Source: Rhodosorus marinus CCMP1338
Taxonomy: Eukaryota; Plantae; Rhodophyta
Length of the DNA: 64,000 nt
NCBI GenBank assembly: GCA_029953675.1
Contig: JAMWBK010000001.1
Location: 3,534,001 to 3,598,000, forward strand
Direction of reading: 5' to 3'
Part shown: piece after piece, positions 22,534 to 34,820 of the stretch
How the letters are laid out: the number at the start of each line of letters is the position of its first letter
How positions within the stretch are numbered: position 1 is the first letter of the stretch
Position numbers and translations under genes: made by a program
The notes under the pieces: generated by a model
Databases searched by the model: none
What the model was told of the DNA's origin: nothing
The model's input: the letters and a program-made list of their open reading frames with translations, nothing else

Positions 22534-24928
22534 CTCGCTGGACATCCCCTTTTCCTCAACACGAGAAAGCCTGATCCTCATCACCCCCTCTCAAAAAAAC
22601 ACGAATTCTGCCGCCAACAAAACCAAAAAACCCCTGTGCAAATACACAAAGCTATTTAGTTTTTGTAAAATAAAATATTAGAATACATATACCCCCTATC
22701 TGTTTCACGTTAAATTGAGTGCGGAATCGATAAGGGGGGTACTACTGTTTTTACGCTCCTTGACGCGTTTATCAACCCCGAATCTCCATTTTGGGCAAGA
22801 ATGGATCGAGATTTGAGCCTTTTCGTATCTAAGATAGGACTATACTTGCTTTTTGTTGAATAATATCTTACCGATAGAAGAGACTATCTAGATATTGACT
22901 ACCACCTCAGATCAAGAGTCAGTTGATAGGAGAGAAACGGACCGGAAAGTCGAGCGACCCTTGATCATCAGACTAGAGAAGCAGAAAGTAGGAGTTTATC
23001 TTTCTGTTCGTGCCCCTGAGACGTTTTTTTCGGGCTGCTGATTTTTGCTGTTAAAAGAGAGCCTTCTACCCTGTCAGTTTTTCTCCTCCCCCAGTCCCGA
23101 GCGTCACAGCTTGTTCACGACCCACCAAGATATCGATTGGCAACCACCCCCCAAAATGTCGAGCAAGAAAACAACGTCGTAGCACCCTGCCATCCACACA
23201 AATTTTTCTCCCTCGTCGTCTCTTCCTTTCTCTCGAAATGCATTTCCTCCGGGGTGAGCACAAAAACGAGAGCTTACCAGCTCTCCACACGGGGAGTCAC
23301 ACACGTAAAGCCCAGCTAAGATCCAACATTCTGTCTCAAACCGAATTGACCGAGCTCTACGCTGGCGCCAACGTCACGTCGTCTCAGGGACGACCATGAC
23401 TAACATTGCCAAACAAAATCAAACCGTCTTCAATCCGAAAACCAAAAACAAACCGTTAAAAACAATAATCAGGATCCCATTTTCTCCTTCTTACAAATAA
23501 CCAAAAAATACGCTATCGCTCTCTCTTTAATTTGATTATTTTTATTAGTATACGCCTAAAAACTACGATTATTCACCTGAGCGTCAACCTTCTATGATTT
23601 TACTTGTTATTTGAAGGATCCTTGGTAAGTTCTTCGTCTTTTCATGGTATGAGTGTAGTAATCTACCAATAAATGAATTGCATGCGGACAAAAAAGGAAG
23701 AAACAAGTAAAATCTATTTAAGCGTCATACAAAGTTCAGTCATTATGTTCTATACACAGGATTAAAATGTACCTTAAATTCTATATGTGGACTTTATTGA
23801 TTGATAATAATGAGTGACAACTTGAGAGCTTATATTCATAGTCGCGAAACTCTAAAACAACCGTGTTTGTCAATAGATGAAAAATTTATATTTTATTCTG
23901 AACTTGTGAGCTGAATATTCGGAGGGGTAGACTCGGCCTATAAAACATTCAGAGGAGAGGTCTTACAGAATTATTTCGAGGATTAAGGATCTTTTGTTCT
24001 TTTCCTCCCCCCCCCTATTGCTCCGACGTAATAATGGCTCGAAATTTGTTATCCAATACTGTTTTTGTAGTAGTTTAGTCGAGAAGAAAATACGGACTAA
24101 ATATTTCAGAAGAAAATAGATTACCGTAGAAAATGTCTTCTTTTCCATCACTAGCGATGCGATGAAAATGATTTTTGTTTTTAAGAAATAATTATACCTT
24201 TCTTTTGGGGCAACGGAGGAAAAAGTTGAAAATCAAAGAAAATGGGTCTTTTGGAGTTAAGATAAGGACGAGTCATTGGAACTCGGAAGGCTGATGTCAG
24301 GAGGGCACTTCATCTGAGAAGGTCTTGCACAGCCTCTGGAGAGATTCTGATGAAGAGACAAACTAAGACAAGAGACCTACAGGTATCCCTTTGACGAAGA
24401 AGAACGTTTTTTCCCTCTCTCTCTCTCACTTTCAGTACAATCGGGAGAAATCCTGACTTGACACAATGGTTGGCGGATCATCATCGTCGTCGGGGGTTAA
24501 ACCAATGCCGCTCGTCAATCAGCAGGTGGGAAGGGAGCTGCTGTTGGATGTCTTTCCGCATGTCTCGTTCCCGCGGAATGCGTAAGACGGATCCAAGCCT
24601 CTTTTTCTCCAATCCATGCATCGTGAACTCGGCCGGGGGGAAGCCCCGTGGCCGCAGGGAGAAAACATGATCGACTTCATCGAAGACATCAAGGATCAGC
24701 CACCGCAGGCCAAAAGACAAAAGTTCTCTCTTCCCTCCCCTAGCTATCAGAGAAACCGCATGAACTGGGCAAAACGAAGTTCTTCGTGCCTTGCGAATGT
24801 CGTTCTCTTGTAATGACTCCGCTGCTGATCCCTACTGCAATTTGTCCTCAGATCTGTTCTCCCGGGAGACCTTTGGCAAGATGCTTCCCGCCCCTCGTCG
24901 CGGAACATTTCGCAAAAACCGATTTGCT

Positions 24929-26368
24929 TCAAGATGATGGAATAGATATCACGGCGATGAACAGAGCCAGAAACCCAATGAGATAGATGAGCCGAACGAC
25001 GTGCCTACTACTCCAGAAGGGCAGGTTGTAGGGCGTTAGAGCAGCCGCGGCGTCCCACTTCTCTGAGATGTACTTGGAGCTGGCCAGGTGCATTCCACAG
25101 GGAATCAGAATCTCGAGAATGAATCCGAACAGCCCAGCGACGGCCAGGATCAGGTCGAGCTTCTTGAACAGAGCAGCGAGGATCAATGGCGGCAGACTGA
25201 ACGAAATTCTGGCAATCGCTTTCCTCGAAACGCCAGTGGACCTTTCGATGGATTCCGGGAGAAAGAGCGCGATGTTATCGCCCAGAGTTACGCCGTTCAT
25301 CGGAAAAGAGCTCATCACGTTGATAACAGGAAACAGGAGCACTACCAGCCTCGTCGCGCCGCTGAGGAGTTCTGCTCGTCGGTTGGGTTCAAGACATATA
25401 TCCCAGCCGTTGCCACAGCCGGTGTAGGTGGACCAGTTCAGGCTCACCAGGGGGCTGACCTGTTCGAATGCGAAGCCTCCGAGGATCGCCAGGAGGAGGT
25501 AGAGCACGACGACGAACGCCATTGCCGTTGTGCCGATGAAGCTCGCTCTGGATTTGTCCCTCAGCGGCTGCATCACGTCAGGGAGGTTGAAGTGGCAGTT
25601 AAGGGCGAGGAAGCAGGGGCCGAAGGCCTTTCCAAACTTATCCCAACGGAAGAGGAGCTGGGACCCTGTTCGGGTCTGAAATCGGACCAACACGGACGGA
25701 TCCGTGCCCACACGCCACGCAAGCGTCACTAGCATGATCGTGAAGGCCACCATCCGGTACAGCGAGAGAAATTTTTGAAGCACCGCCTGTTCGCTCAGGT
25801 TGAGGAGGACGAGGTACAGACATATCGCGGTGAAGAAGGCGAGCGCAAAGTGGTAGGTTGTTGTGCACCCCATGGACGCGTTTGCAGCGTAGATATCGCA
25901 AGATTTGGATAAGAAGGCAGAGGAGAAGAGCGAGGATACTGAAGATCCAAACACCGAAGCATACGACCACATCAAGCCACTGGTGTAGAAGAAAACCCCA
26001 GCCTGGCTTATCCACGCGCCATACGATCCCTGAAAGATCTGCGCAATCCGAGTGAAATCGAACTTCTCCAGGGTGATCCTGTTCACAGGCCGAGTCCTCT
26101 CCCCAATATTCGCAACGCCTTCAGCCCTGGCCATGATCTCCAGAGTGTAGACCATGGAGACCGTTGCCAGCACCCCACCAACAAGCAAGATACTCACGGC
26201 CAGGCCGTATCCACCCTCAACAAACGCATAAGGTAGTCCAAAACATCCAGTCCCAACCACGTAGTTTATAATCATCGCCATCGCCACCTGAGATGAGTAC
26301 AGTTTGATTCCATTCTTCCCAGCTTCCTCCTCGTCCTCCGGCATCAACAGCTCCCTCCTTTCATCCAT
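24929..26368 (-). CDS. TMEM104: Amino acid transporter (Aa_trans/AAAP family), TMEM104-like, intronless
   Basis: 479-aa multi-TM ORF with YS..VA..IINYVVGTG..GLP.AF..GG, HFNLP.VM.P, LFPV..VMSSFP..GVTL.DN. Confidence 0.8.
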   Translation of the reverse strand: MDERRELLMPEDEEEAGKNGIKLYSSQVAMAMIINYVVGTGCFGLPYAFVEGGYGLAVSILLVGGVLATVSMVYTLEIMARAEGVANIGERTRPVNRITLEKFDFTRIAQIFQGSYGAWISQAGVFFYTSGLMWSYASVFGSSVSSLFSSAFLSKSCDIYAANASMGCTTTYHFALAFFTAICLYLVLLNLSEQAVLQKFLSLYRMVAFTIMLVTLAWRVGTDPSVLVRFQTRTGSQLLFRWDKFGKAFGPCFLALNCHFNLPDVMQPLRDKSRASFIGTTAMAFVVVLYLLLAILGGFAFEQVSPLVSLNWSTYTGCGNGWDICLEPNRRAELLSGATRLVVLLFPVINVMSSFPMNGVTLGDNIALFLPESIERSTGVSRKAIARISFSLPPLILAALFKKLDLILAVAGLFGFILEILIPCGMHLASSKYISEKWDAAAALTPYNLPFWSSRHVVRLIYLIGFLALFIAVISIPSS

Positions 26369-26593
26369 TGCTCACGCTCTAGTCATCCAGCATATTCTAC
26401 ACTCTTTCAAAACATCAACAACTCGCCTCCATAAATCTTCATTCAAGCTGCAAACCTCCCAAACAGAGTAAGATCCTTCCCCCACCCTCCCGAATCCCCC
26501 GCCCGCAATCCCGATAGATATTCTCTCTTCCTCCTCGCCGTTACTACTTGAGCAAGGCCTCCAACTCGAGTCTCACCTGAGCTCGTTCAAAAC

Positions 26594-26790
26594 TAGGCGT
26601 GTCATTTCCGTCAGAAAAAAGTTGATCAGACAGGGTTGTCATTTCCGTCCGATAAAACTTTATCAGACAAAACATTACGTAATAATTAAATATTTTGATC
26701 TTCTGGTTCGCGTCCGATACAGGTTTATGGGACCTGAATAAAACAAATAAAAACACCAAACAGGTCCAATAACCGTCCGATATTATTCAA
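26594..26790 (+). mobile_element. hAT-like transposon terminus (TAGGCGTGTCAT) with GTCCGATA subterminal motifs
   Basis: Terminus and motif cluster match those at 36385 and 38641; no partner end found. Confidence 0.45.
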
Positions 26791-26903
26791 TCAAAAAGTT
26801 AATATTGATTGCAATTCAATCGTTTTCTTCCGACGCGACATCCGGAGGGACGACCTCTTGGTTGGCATTTTAGTGCATAATCGTTCGAACGGCCACAACT
26901 TAT

Positions 26904-27157
26904 TTCAGAGCCTGTCTACACTGAGGAGCGGAAAAGGAGACGCTGAAGACATCGCGTCCAACAACAGAGCAGCGTTCAAACGCCGGAGATAGTCAGCGGC
27001 AGCTCCGTGGACGAGGCTGTCAAGAAGGCCTGAGGGAATTGCGAAAAACACGACCAAGTCGGCGAGAAGCAACACTGTCTAAAGGACCAAAGCACTCGAT
27101 GATCCAGCGGTATGAACTGATGAGATAGCGTCGAGTCCCGAAAGGTTGGATAATCAT
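26904..27157 (+). repeat. Dispersed repeat A, homologous to 39186-39441
   Basis: Shared blocks TTCAGAGCCT.TCTAC.CTGAGGAG..GAAAAGGAGACGCTGA, GCGAAAAACACGAC, GCGAGAAGCAACAC, CCAAAGCACTC.ATGATC, GAGTCCC.A.GGTTGGAT. Confidence 0.8.
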
Positions 27158-28499
27158 TCTCTGTTGGAATTCTGGCTCTGATACTGAATCGTGATTATTT
27201 CTGAGTTTGACAGACTGTCACTCTGAATTTCATGATTTTTCTATAAATGTCAACATACTACCTGATTAATCGGTTTAATTGGAGGCCAAGGCCTCCGAAT
27301 CAGGTACGCAGAGAGCGCCTCCAAAACCCTTATAGACAGAGAGTCAGGGTCAAAGAAACATGCAGGGCGGTCGGAGCGGCACTCCCGCAACCAAGCAAAG
27401 CACCCCAGCGCTATCTAAAATCGAAAAACCTCTATACAAATAGGACAAACAGATAGGTAGGCGCAAGTGCGGGCTGCTAGAGCCTCAGCTTTGGTAAGCG
27501 CCTCCATGTGACTGACTCCTTATGCCTCCTTGAGAAGATTAGAAAAGGTCTTGACGCGATCGAGCTCTACTGTGAGGCATCGCAGCTCATGGTAGGCGAT
27601 GACCACTGTCATACGAGACGTTGACACTCTCAGGTACCCACCGACATACGAAAATGGGAAGATTTTTTTCTTGACTCCTGCTGAGGAGAACTTTTCAAGT
27701 CAAGGAGCACTTTGAAGCGGGCTTCACAGAGTTGGAAGCATGAAATAGTCAGAAAGGTTATCCGCATTGAACCGGACGCCCAGCATAGTAGAGAGCGCGC
27801 CTCCAAAACTATGCAGGATTACCTCCGCATACTATTCGCAGCGGCACCCCTGCAACGGGAGGCTGCTTGCAGGTACCACCACAAGGGGACAACGGAGCAT
27901 GAAGTCCACGCACGTGTTCCTGAGCCCTTTGGCATCCTCAATGACCAGATCCGCGACTCTACGCGCACTCACCCCTCGGTGGGATCCCACAGACGCAAGT
28001 TGTTGTCAAGAGGACTCTGTGGAGTATTTGAAGTCCGAGTGGTGATTGCGGAGAGAGACGGGAGAGGAGGGGGGGAGAGATTTGCAGTAAAGGTAAAAGT
28101 TGGAACTCTTGAGGCAGGTGAGCTAATCGCATTAGAACGGTTTAGCGGGGGGGGAGGAGTTTCACGAAAGCGGTTCTGCTCGTGTCCAACCCTCTTTTCT
28201 CCAGCGCCTCGGGGAACGAGAAAGCTTTATCAGACATTGGCTAAAGGATTCCATTTAAGCTCTTAGACGCTATGCTTGTAGTTCTTGTATCTTCGGTTTG
28301 GAATATAGGTAGGGGATCAAATCACCGCTTTCACAGCCGTCCCATTCCCGTTTGGGCATTCTGAAAAACCATCAGATGTGAAAGACAGACTGTAAACTCA
28401 GAAATAATCATAATTTAATACACGAAAGTGACAGCTTGTCGACGCGAAAAATAAACATAATTCAAATATCTATATCAGAGATGATTGATTTCGCACTAA

Positions 28500-29880
28500 T
28501 TTTGATTGAATATGCGAGGAACATGCCACGAGCTTGGAGCCTACAAGGTTCCCCCTAGCCCCGACACCTACCCGCCAGTTCGTTCCGGACAGCCTAAAAA
28601 CTCTTTGGAACCGCCTCATGTCCAAAGCTCTGGACATCGCACTTGACACCTCGGCTCCGGACTTGTCCCGCCTGTTCGTCCTCGCTCTCCCCCGTCCAGC
28701 ACTCGGATATACTGACGACCTGGCCCCCTCTGGGCAATGCCGAAATTGTAAACGGAAGGTTCGCCACGGTGTGAGAGCACCTTGTCTACCACAGCGGAAC
28801 CGGCGACGACGGCTGTGCCGCACCTCCGCCGGCCCCGGAACGCTTCCGGCAGTTGGCGACAGACCCTTGAGCACAACTCGACTGATTCTAGCAAACTAGA
28901 TGAACTACTCGACGCCTCCAAGTCGTTCAACCCCGCCGAACACCGCGGCATTCGACCACTGATACATTCGACTAATTGAAGCGAGCCTGCACTCAAAACG
29001 CGCAGCCTCGCACGAGGGACACCGGCACCTGTCCTCCGCATCACGGGAACTCGCCCGACAGCCAACAACAAGACGGGGACCCGCACTCACCATCCGACAG
29101 GTCCATGATCGGTTCAACCAAGAACTCCTATCGAACTGGAGTCATCGTGCGGAGGTTCGAGGAATTGGGGGACAGTCCGCTGATGAGTGAGACGGTACGA
29201 GCGAGTCTTCATCATGCCCCGGAGACTTCCCGACGAGACACCCGCGAGGTCTGAACGCACACGAACTGAACCTGAGGCTGAGAAAACTGCTGGGATTGCC
29301 GCCACCTGGTGTACGAACACTTAGTGCATGTACTGTTGTTCACAACCTCATGTGCTCCACCCCTGCGCCAGTTCTACAGGGAGCTGGACACAACGTGGTC
29401 CGAGATGCTCTGGCCACGCATCTCAGACAATTGCGGCTAGAGAAGGGACTTCCGAACCAACCGGGCACCACCCAAGGAGCGACCTCCCCACCCGACATCC
29501 TAGCTCGACACCTCCGAGACAGGGCACGCAACGCGCATCTCAGAAAAGTTCAGAGTCGAAATACCGGGACGCGATCCTAGCTCACATCTTCGTGCCCTGC
29601 TGCGTGGAGACCTTGGGGAGGATGGGGAAGCAAGCTGATGAGTTCTTGAAAGCTCTGCACCTCGATGCACCCACCAATTGAAGTCAGCGTAGCACGAGCG
29701 TTACTGATCCGGTCCTTGTGGTAAGGGAATGCCCACCGCTTGGCACCCAGGCTCGTCGAGTCGACGAAGGGAACCAAGGGGTCGGCACTCCCACCTGGAG
29801 CGGTACCACATAAAAAATACAAGTCCAAAAAAGTCAAACATAGTGTAAACGCTATAAACTAAGCAAAATGCTTTAACAAA
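28500..29880 (+). mobile_element. Degenerate, internally deleted RLE-type (CRE-like) non-LTR retrotransposon
   Basis: N-terminal LWNRLMSKAL..LFVLALPR. C-terminal restriction-like endonuclease signature GHNVVRDALATHL..PPDIL..ESKYRD..FVPCCVETLGRMGKQADEFLKAL..GNAH across frameshifts. A-rich 3' end. No RT core seen. Confidence 0.7.
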
Positions 29881-30087
29881 AGCTCAGGAACCACTGCCTA
29901 AATATCGATCGGGTTCAGAGCTGGAGTCTGAGTCAATGACCCACACCAAACTACTCAAGTTCCCGCGCTTTTGGGAGCCCCCGAATGTCTTATCTATTCT
30001 TTACCTGCCTTTTTTTGTAGTGTTTTTGGATAACGGCTATATACAGAAATGTATGATTCTAGGGTCAGTCGATCTCAGATCCAGTGA

Positions 30088-30502
30088 TAAAAAGTGTTAA
30101 AAGAGTGTGAAAGAGTGTTGAAAGAGTGTGAAAGAGTGTGAAAGAGTGTGAAAGAGTGTTAAAAGAGTGTGAAAGAGTGTTAAAAGAGTGTGAAAGAGTG
30201 TTAAAGAGTGTTGAAGAGTGTAAAAAGTGTAAAAAGTGTAAAACGCGAAAAAAGTGTAAAACGTGCAAAACGTGTAAAACGTGTGATACGTTTAAAACGT
30301 GTAAAACGTGTAAAACGTGTAAAATGTGTAAAATGTGTAGAACGTGTAAAATGTGTAGAACGTGTAAAATGTGTAAAATGCGTGAAATGTGTAAATGTGT
30401 AACATGTGTAAAATGTGTAAAATGTGTAGAACGTTTAAAAAGTGTAGAAAGTGTAAAATGTGTAAAATGTGTAAAATGTGTAAAATGTGTAAGAGAGTGT
30501 TA
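30088..30502 (+). repeat. ~415-bp low-complexity minisatellite (AAAGAGTGTG-like units grading into AAAACGTGT/AAAATGTGT 9-mers)
   Basis: Read directly; generates the spurious ECERV/CKTCKM ORFs. Confidence 0.92.
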
Positions 30503-30873
30503 AATTCTCAAGAGGGTAACACACAAAACTGGGTGTGTCCCGCCCCCTTGATGGGAACTATGGGATCGTCCCTCTAGTAGAACGTAAGTCGCACAACCCA
30601 TCAGAGTTTTCTAACGCATCGATGAGTTCTTTATTCCGTCTTGAAAGGGGAGTTCCTTATTGAAGCGGTCTAGGTTCCAACTCTTTGGACGGATCCACAA
30701 TCCTAGATTAAACTAGTTGGTTTCTTAGTTTGTTAGAGACGACCGAGACTCTGGATGATTCAGCTCTGTGCTAAGACCTCCACAGGTGTTCAGAAAGCAA
30801 ACCAAAAATAACTAATTGACTTTCGACGTTGACTAATCGGCTACTCGAGATGTAGAATCTCTCATCATGTCGT

Positions 30874-32799
30874 CTAGGCCCTGCAGTTGTTACGCTTCAA
30901 TACCTTGTTCACCGTAACCTCACCACAAATGTGATGGTTGCCTGGGATCTCTGGGATCATTTCAGGCGCGACGGCGATGACAAGAGTCATACCCATATCC
31001 GAGTGAAGTCCGATGTGGCAGTGTAAAAGCCAAAACCCTGGGTTGTCAGCGAGGAACTCTATCACCGTCCATCCCATAGGCAGTACAGAGGTCGTAGCCT
31101 GCATTGGTGGGTTCTTAAAGTTGAGCTTCTCCATGTCCTTCGTCGCATTGAATATACCTTGTCCTCGTCCCAGCACCCAATAGTCACCTCCGTGCATATG
31201 GAACGGGTGAGCTTCACTCTCACCTTGTAAGTTGAGACCATTCTGAAAGACGATCCTGACCCTTTGACCGTACTCAGCGGTCAACATGTTCACACCTGTG
31301 TTGATGATGAAAGTCAGAACGCGTGAGAAGTCAAGCACAGGGGTACACAAGCTACGTCGGACAGTTCGTCTAATCGATTCCGGCCGAAGGCGAGCTGGTC
31401 ATCTAGCACCATTCCCTCACTGTTATGGCTTCGCGTGACAAACTGCCGCTTTTGGACGAAAGGAGCACTTACCAAGTTTTGAGAATTCCGATAGGCCCTG
31501 CTCCGCCAACGGGGTAAAGTAGTCGTACGGCATTGCCGGCTCTGTGACCTCGACATCCTTGAGATCAACGCCGTACTGGTTTGCGAGGAGCGCCGGGGTA
31601 CCCGGAAACTGGAAGGTGTAGTTGTTTAAAGTCCACTTGACGCTGTTTTTGTACAAATTCTGTGCGCTGACAAGGGTCCAAAGCTGGTCGTATTCAGGAC
31701 TCAAATTCTCAGGCTCTTTAGACTTGAGCTTGTTCATAAGCTTTCTCGAAAATTGCACGTCAAACGTGCTCGGGAACCCTTCCACGCTCGGGGTCTCCTT
31801 TGGGTAATTTTGAGATTTCGTCGTATCAAGCAGAACTCTAGCGGGTATGATTCCTTCATTCTCTCTGAACCTCATGACGGCCTGTAGCCAATAGTGGCCG
31901 CGTTTCTTCGGAGTCTTGATGATGACAGAGTACGATTGACCATTTCCGAGATCGAGGAAGTCAGTCTTGAACGGCTTGAGGGCACCTGTGTTGGTCTGTA
32001 CGACCTTCATTGGTATCCCTTGGATCCCCAGCGTGAGGAATGACAATATTCCCGCATTCGTAAACCTCAGGAGGTACTTCGTATCAGGTTCCATGTACTT
32101 GACCTCGTGGCGGCAGCTGCCGTCGTCAAAGGTGCACTTCAGGCATTCGCTGAAAGCGCTGCAGTTGAAGAGCCCCTTTCCCTCGGCGAGGAGTGCTTGT
32201 GGATTCCCGGGAAAAACGAAGGGGTTCGACTTGAGTCCGACAATGATCCTCTGGACCGATTCCATATATTGGTTTCCAAAGTGAATGACTCCCGCGTCCT
32301 CGTCGAAATCGAACTGCTTTTCCTTCGGATGTACGATGAACGCACCGTACCCCGAGGTGAAGCTCAACATCTGGTGTCCGTGATACCAAAACGTCCCGGC
32401 CTTGTTCGCGTTGAATCTGTAGGTGAACCTACTCAGCGGCGGAATAGGACACTGCGAAACATAAGCCGTTCCATCAGCCCATGGCGTTCCTCTCTGCTCT
32501 ACACCATGGAAATGAATCGTTGCCCCCATGTTGTTCATCTTGTTGAGCACGAGAACCTCCACATTATCCCCTTCGTTCACCTCCAACGTCGGGCCAACGT
32601 AAGTCCCATTAACAACCAACACCAGCGAGTCCATGCAGGCAACCTGCCTCACCCCCTGTTGCAGCGTCAGAATAAACTTTTTCGTCGGCGCCTCGTCAGC
32701 CCACTCACCCCATCCATCGTCCTCAGCCACCACAGAAACCACCCCCCATCCACACAAAATCACTACCCACGTCACCAAAACAGTCCAAAATCCCTTCAT
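30874..32799 (-). CDS. Secreted three-domain multicopper oxidase, L-ascorbate-oxidase-like, 2 exons
   Basis: Signal peptide and all four Cu motifs: TIHFHG, WYHGH, HPFHMHG, WLLHCHIGLHSDMGM. AO-like P..LL.EGKG.FNC and terminal CG. Intron 31296-31472. Confidence 0.9.
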
Positions 32800-34820
32800 C
32801 TTGAAACAAAACATAACTCACTCTTTCACATACATCACATCATTCACAACTCTAGCTCGCCCGCCCCCACCTCCCCCTCCCACTACTCTACTGACTATGA
32901 ACGCCTTCAAACAACCAACCGAGTCAACTGACCGTACCAAAGAAAGAAAAAGAAACAGATATGAAAACATATGACAGAACTATAAAACGCTGACTGTGGT
33001 GGGCCAAATCGGATCTCTGTGTGGATCCTTGCCGCAGGCCCTTGAACGGAGGTGAGGAGGCCCGCTTTTTTGGCAATAAAAACAGTAGATTGCATATGGG
33101 CGCTTGGAGGTTAAGGTCACCCTCCCCCCAAGGCTGCCAACCAGTTGTAAGTAGGTGCGGACGTATGGAGCCCACGCGCAGACCAAATTTTGTTCACGTC
33201 CCTCCCATCGTCAATCAAATTTAATGATTGAACTAATCAAATAACTTCTTCTATACATTTTTATATCAGTCAATAATATATATGTATAGATTGATATATC
33301 CTTTGAGGCGGCGACCCCCCCCCCAAAAAAATGCTTCGTTTTCCCGCCGTTGCCGACGTTTTCATGTTATTTATATAATTTAGTTGCTAGATATCAACAA
33401 AAAAGGTTCCCTTACATAGAAATTTTTTTGCGACAGTTTGGGCTGTACGTGGATAATTTATTTAATATTCATTTACCCAATCCTCGACATTTTCTAAAAA
33501 TAGATCTGGATTTCCCTCACCAGCGATAATTTATTTGCTATTCAGACATACAAACTCAGGCAAAAAATAGAAGTTTTTTAGGTGTGCGTGATACTTTTCC
33601 TCAGTACTTTTGGCGGTATTCGGAGAATAAATCGGGGTTGTGATTTTTCTTTAAAAATAGAAATTTTATGATGAGGTTCTCTGGATCCAGTTGACCGATT
33701 AAGGTCGAAGTAGCTTTCTGGAATTTACGATTCTGATCGCAGGTAGGGTGGCGCTGGCACCGCTAAGGACACGTTAACACTTTCGCAAGCGATATGGGCA
33801 AAGCCCAAAACAGTTAGAAATTGATTGTCATTGAAGAAAAATAGAAGTCCTCCACCATGCCATATATTCTGAAGAACGATACCAGAGCGTGCTGCTGCCG
33901 CCCAAGCTACTTTTAGATCGAATCAAAAGTAGTGTCGTAGCTCTCAGTCTAAATACTATGTTAAGGTGGGCCTGTGGGGATGCCCCCATTGTCCAGTTGA
34001 TTGGCGAACCCCAATGCGATAACGATCAGAAATTTGATAGGCCATTGGTGCACTCTAAGACGAGCCGAAATCCTCGACCTCGGCCTCCAACCCACCAACC
34101 CCCGACAGCATGCACTGCGGGCAATAGTTAAGATGCACGCGGGATACATGTACGAGCCGGTTGGAATCGCCGATATGGCCTACCAGCGGCATTTCAAAAC
34201 CGTTGAAGTCCCACGCCATTCTTCGAATGAGGCGATTCTCCCCCTTCCCCAGGGCCCACCACCAGAGGGCTGTGCTGGACTTTTAGCTTCTTTGACAGTG
34301 GACCTCTCAATACTTTATGGATGTCCCACCCTGCTGCGCTTCGACGATCGAACGACAAATAGCTCAGATATGGACCTTTCACGGATGAATAGAAATTTGC
34401 TTAAAGTACGGACTATTTCCCAATAATACTGTCAGCACTTCCAGCAAGCATTTTTCTTGAAATATATTAGTTTTATGAAAAGATTCACAAAATCAGATTT
34501 AATTTATTTATTATTGAGATCTTCACAACCGCGATATTCTTCAAAAAATAGAAGTTTTATGAACGATCAATAATCCGTCCTTTGTTTTGTTTAATAAATA
34601 TACAGGCAGGAATAAATATTATAGAAAAACAAAAACGGCGAAGGGAAAATTATTTATTTTAAATATATTTTTGTGCTCAGTATATTGTTCTTTATGAATT
34701 TTCATTAATCGGGTGCTAAAAATAGACATGCTGCTAGACGCGTCGAAGATATCGCGCCTCCAATATCGAAGCAGCGTTCATATGCCACGGCAAGGGGGGA
34801 AGCTGAGATGGGTACAACGA

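Noticed and set aside
23355-23400. In-frame TGA after MVVPETT read as selenocysteine
   Set aside because: No redox motif context and no SECIS identified.
30138-30577. Cys/Lys-rich metallothionein-like ORFs
   Set aside because: Translation artefact of a 9-11-bp minisatellite; all frames give repetitive peptides.
713-32799. DOMON-Hint, Spondin_N and the multicopper oxidase as one co-regulated surface-redox cluster
   Set aside because: They are 20-30 kb apart with unrelated housekeeping genes between them; there is no sequence evidence of linkage.
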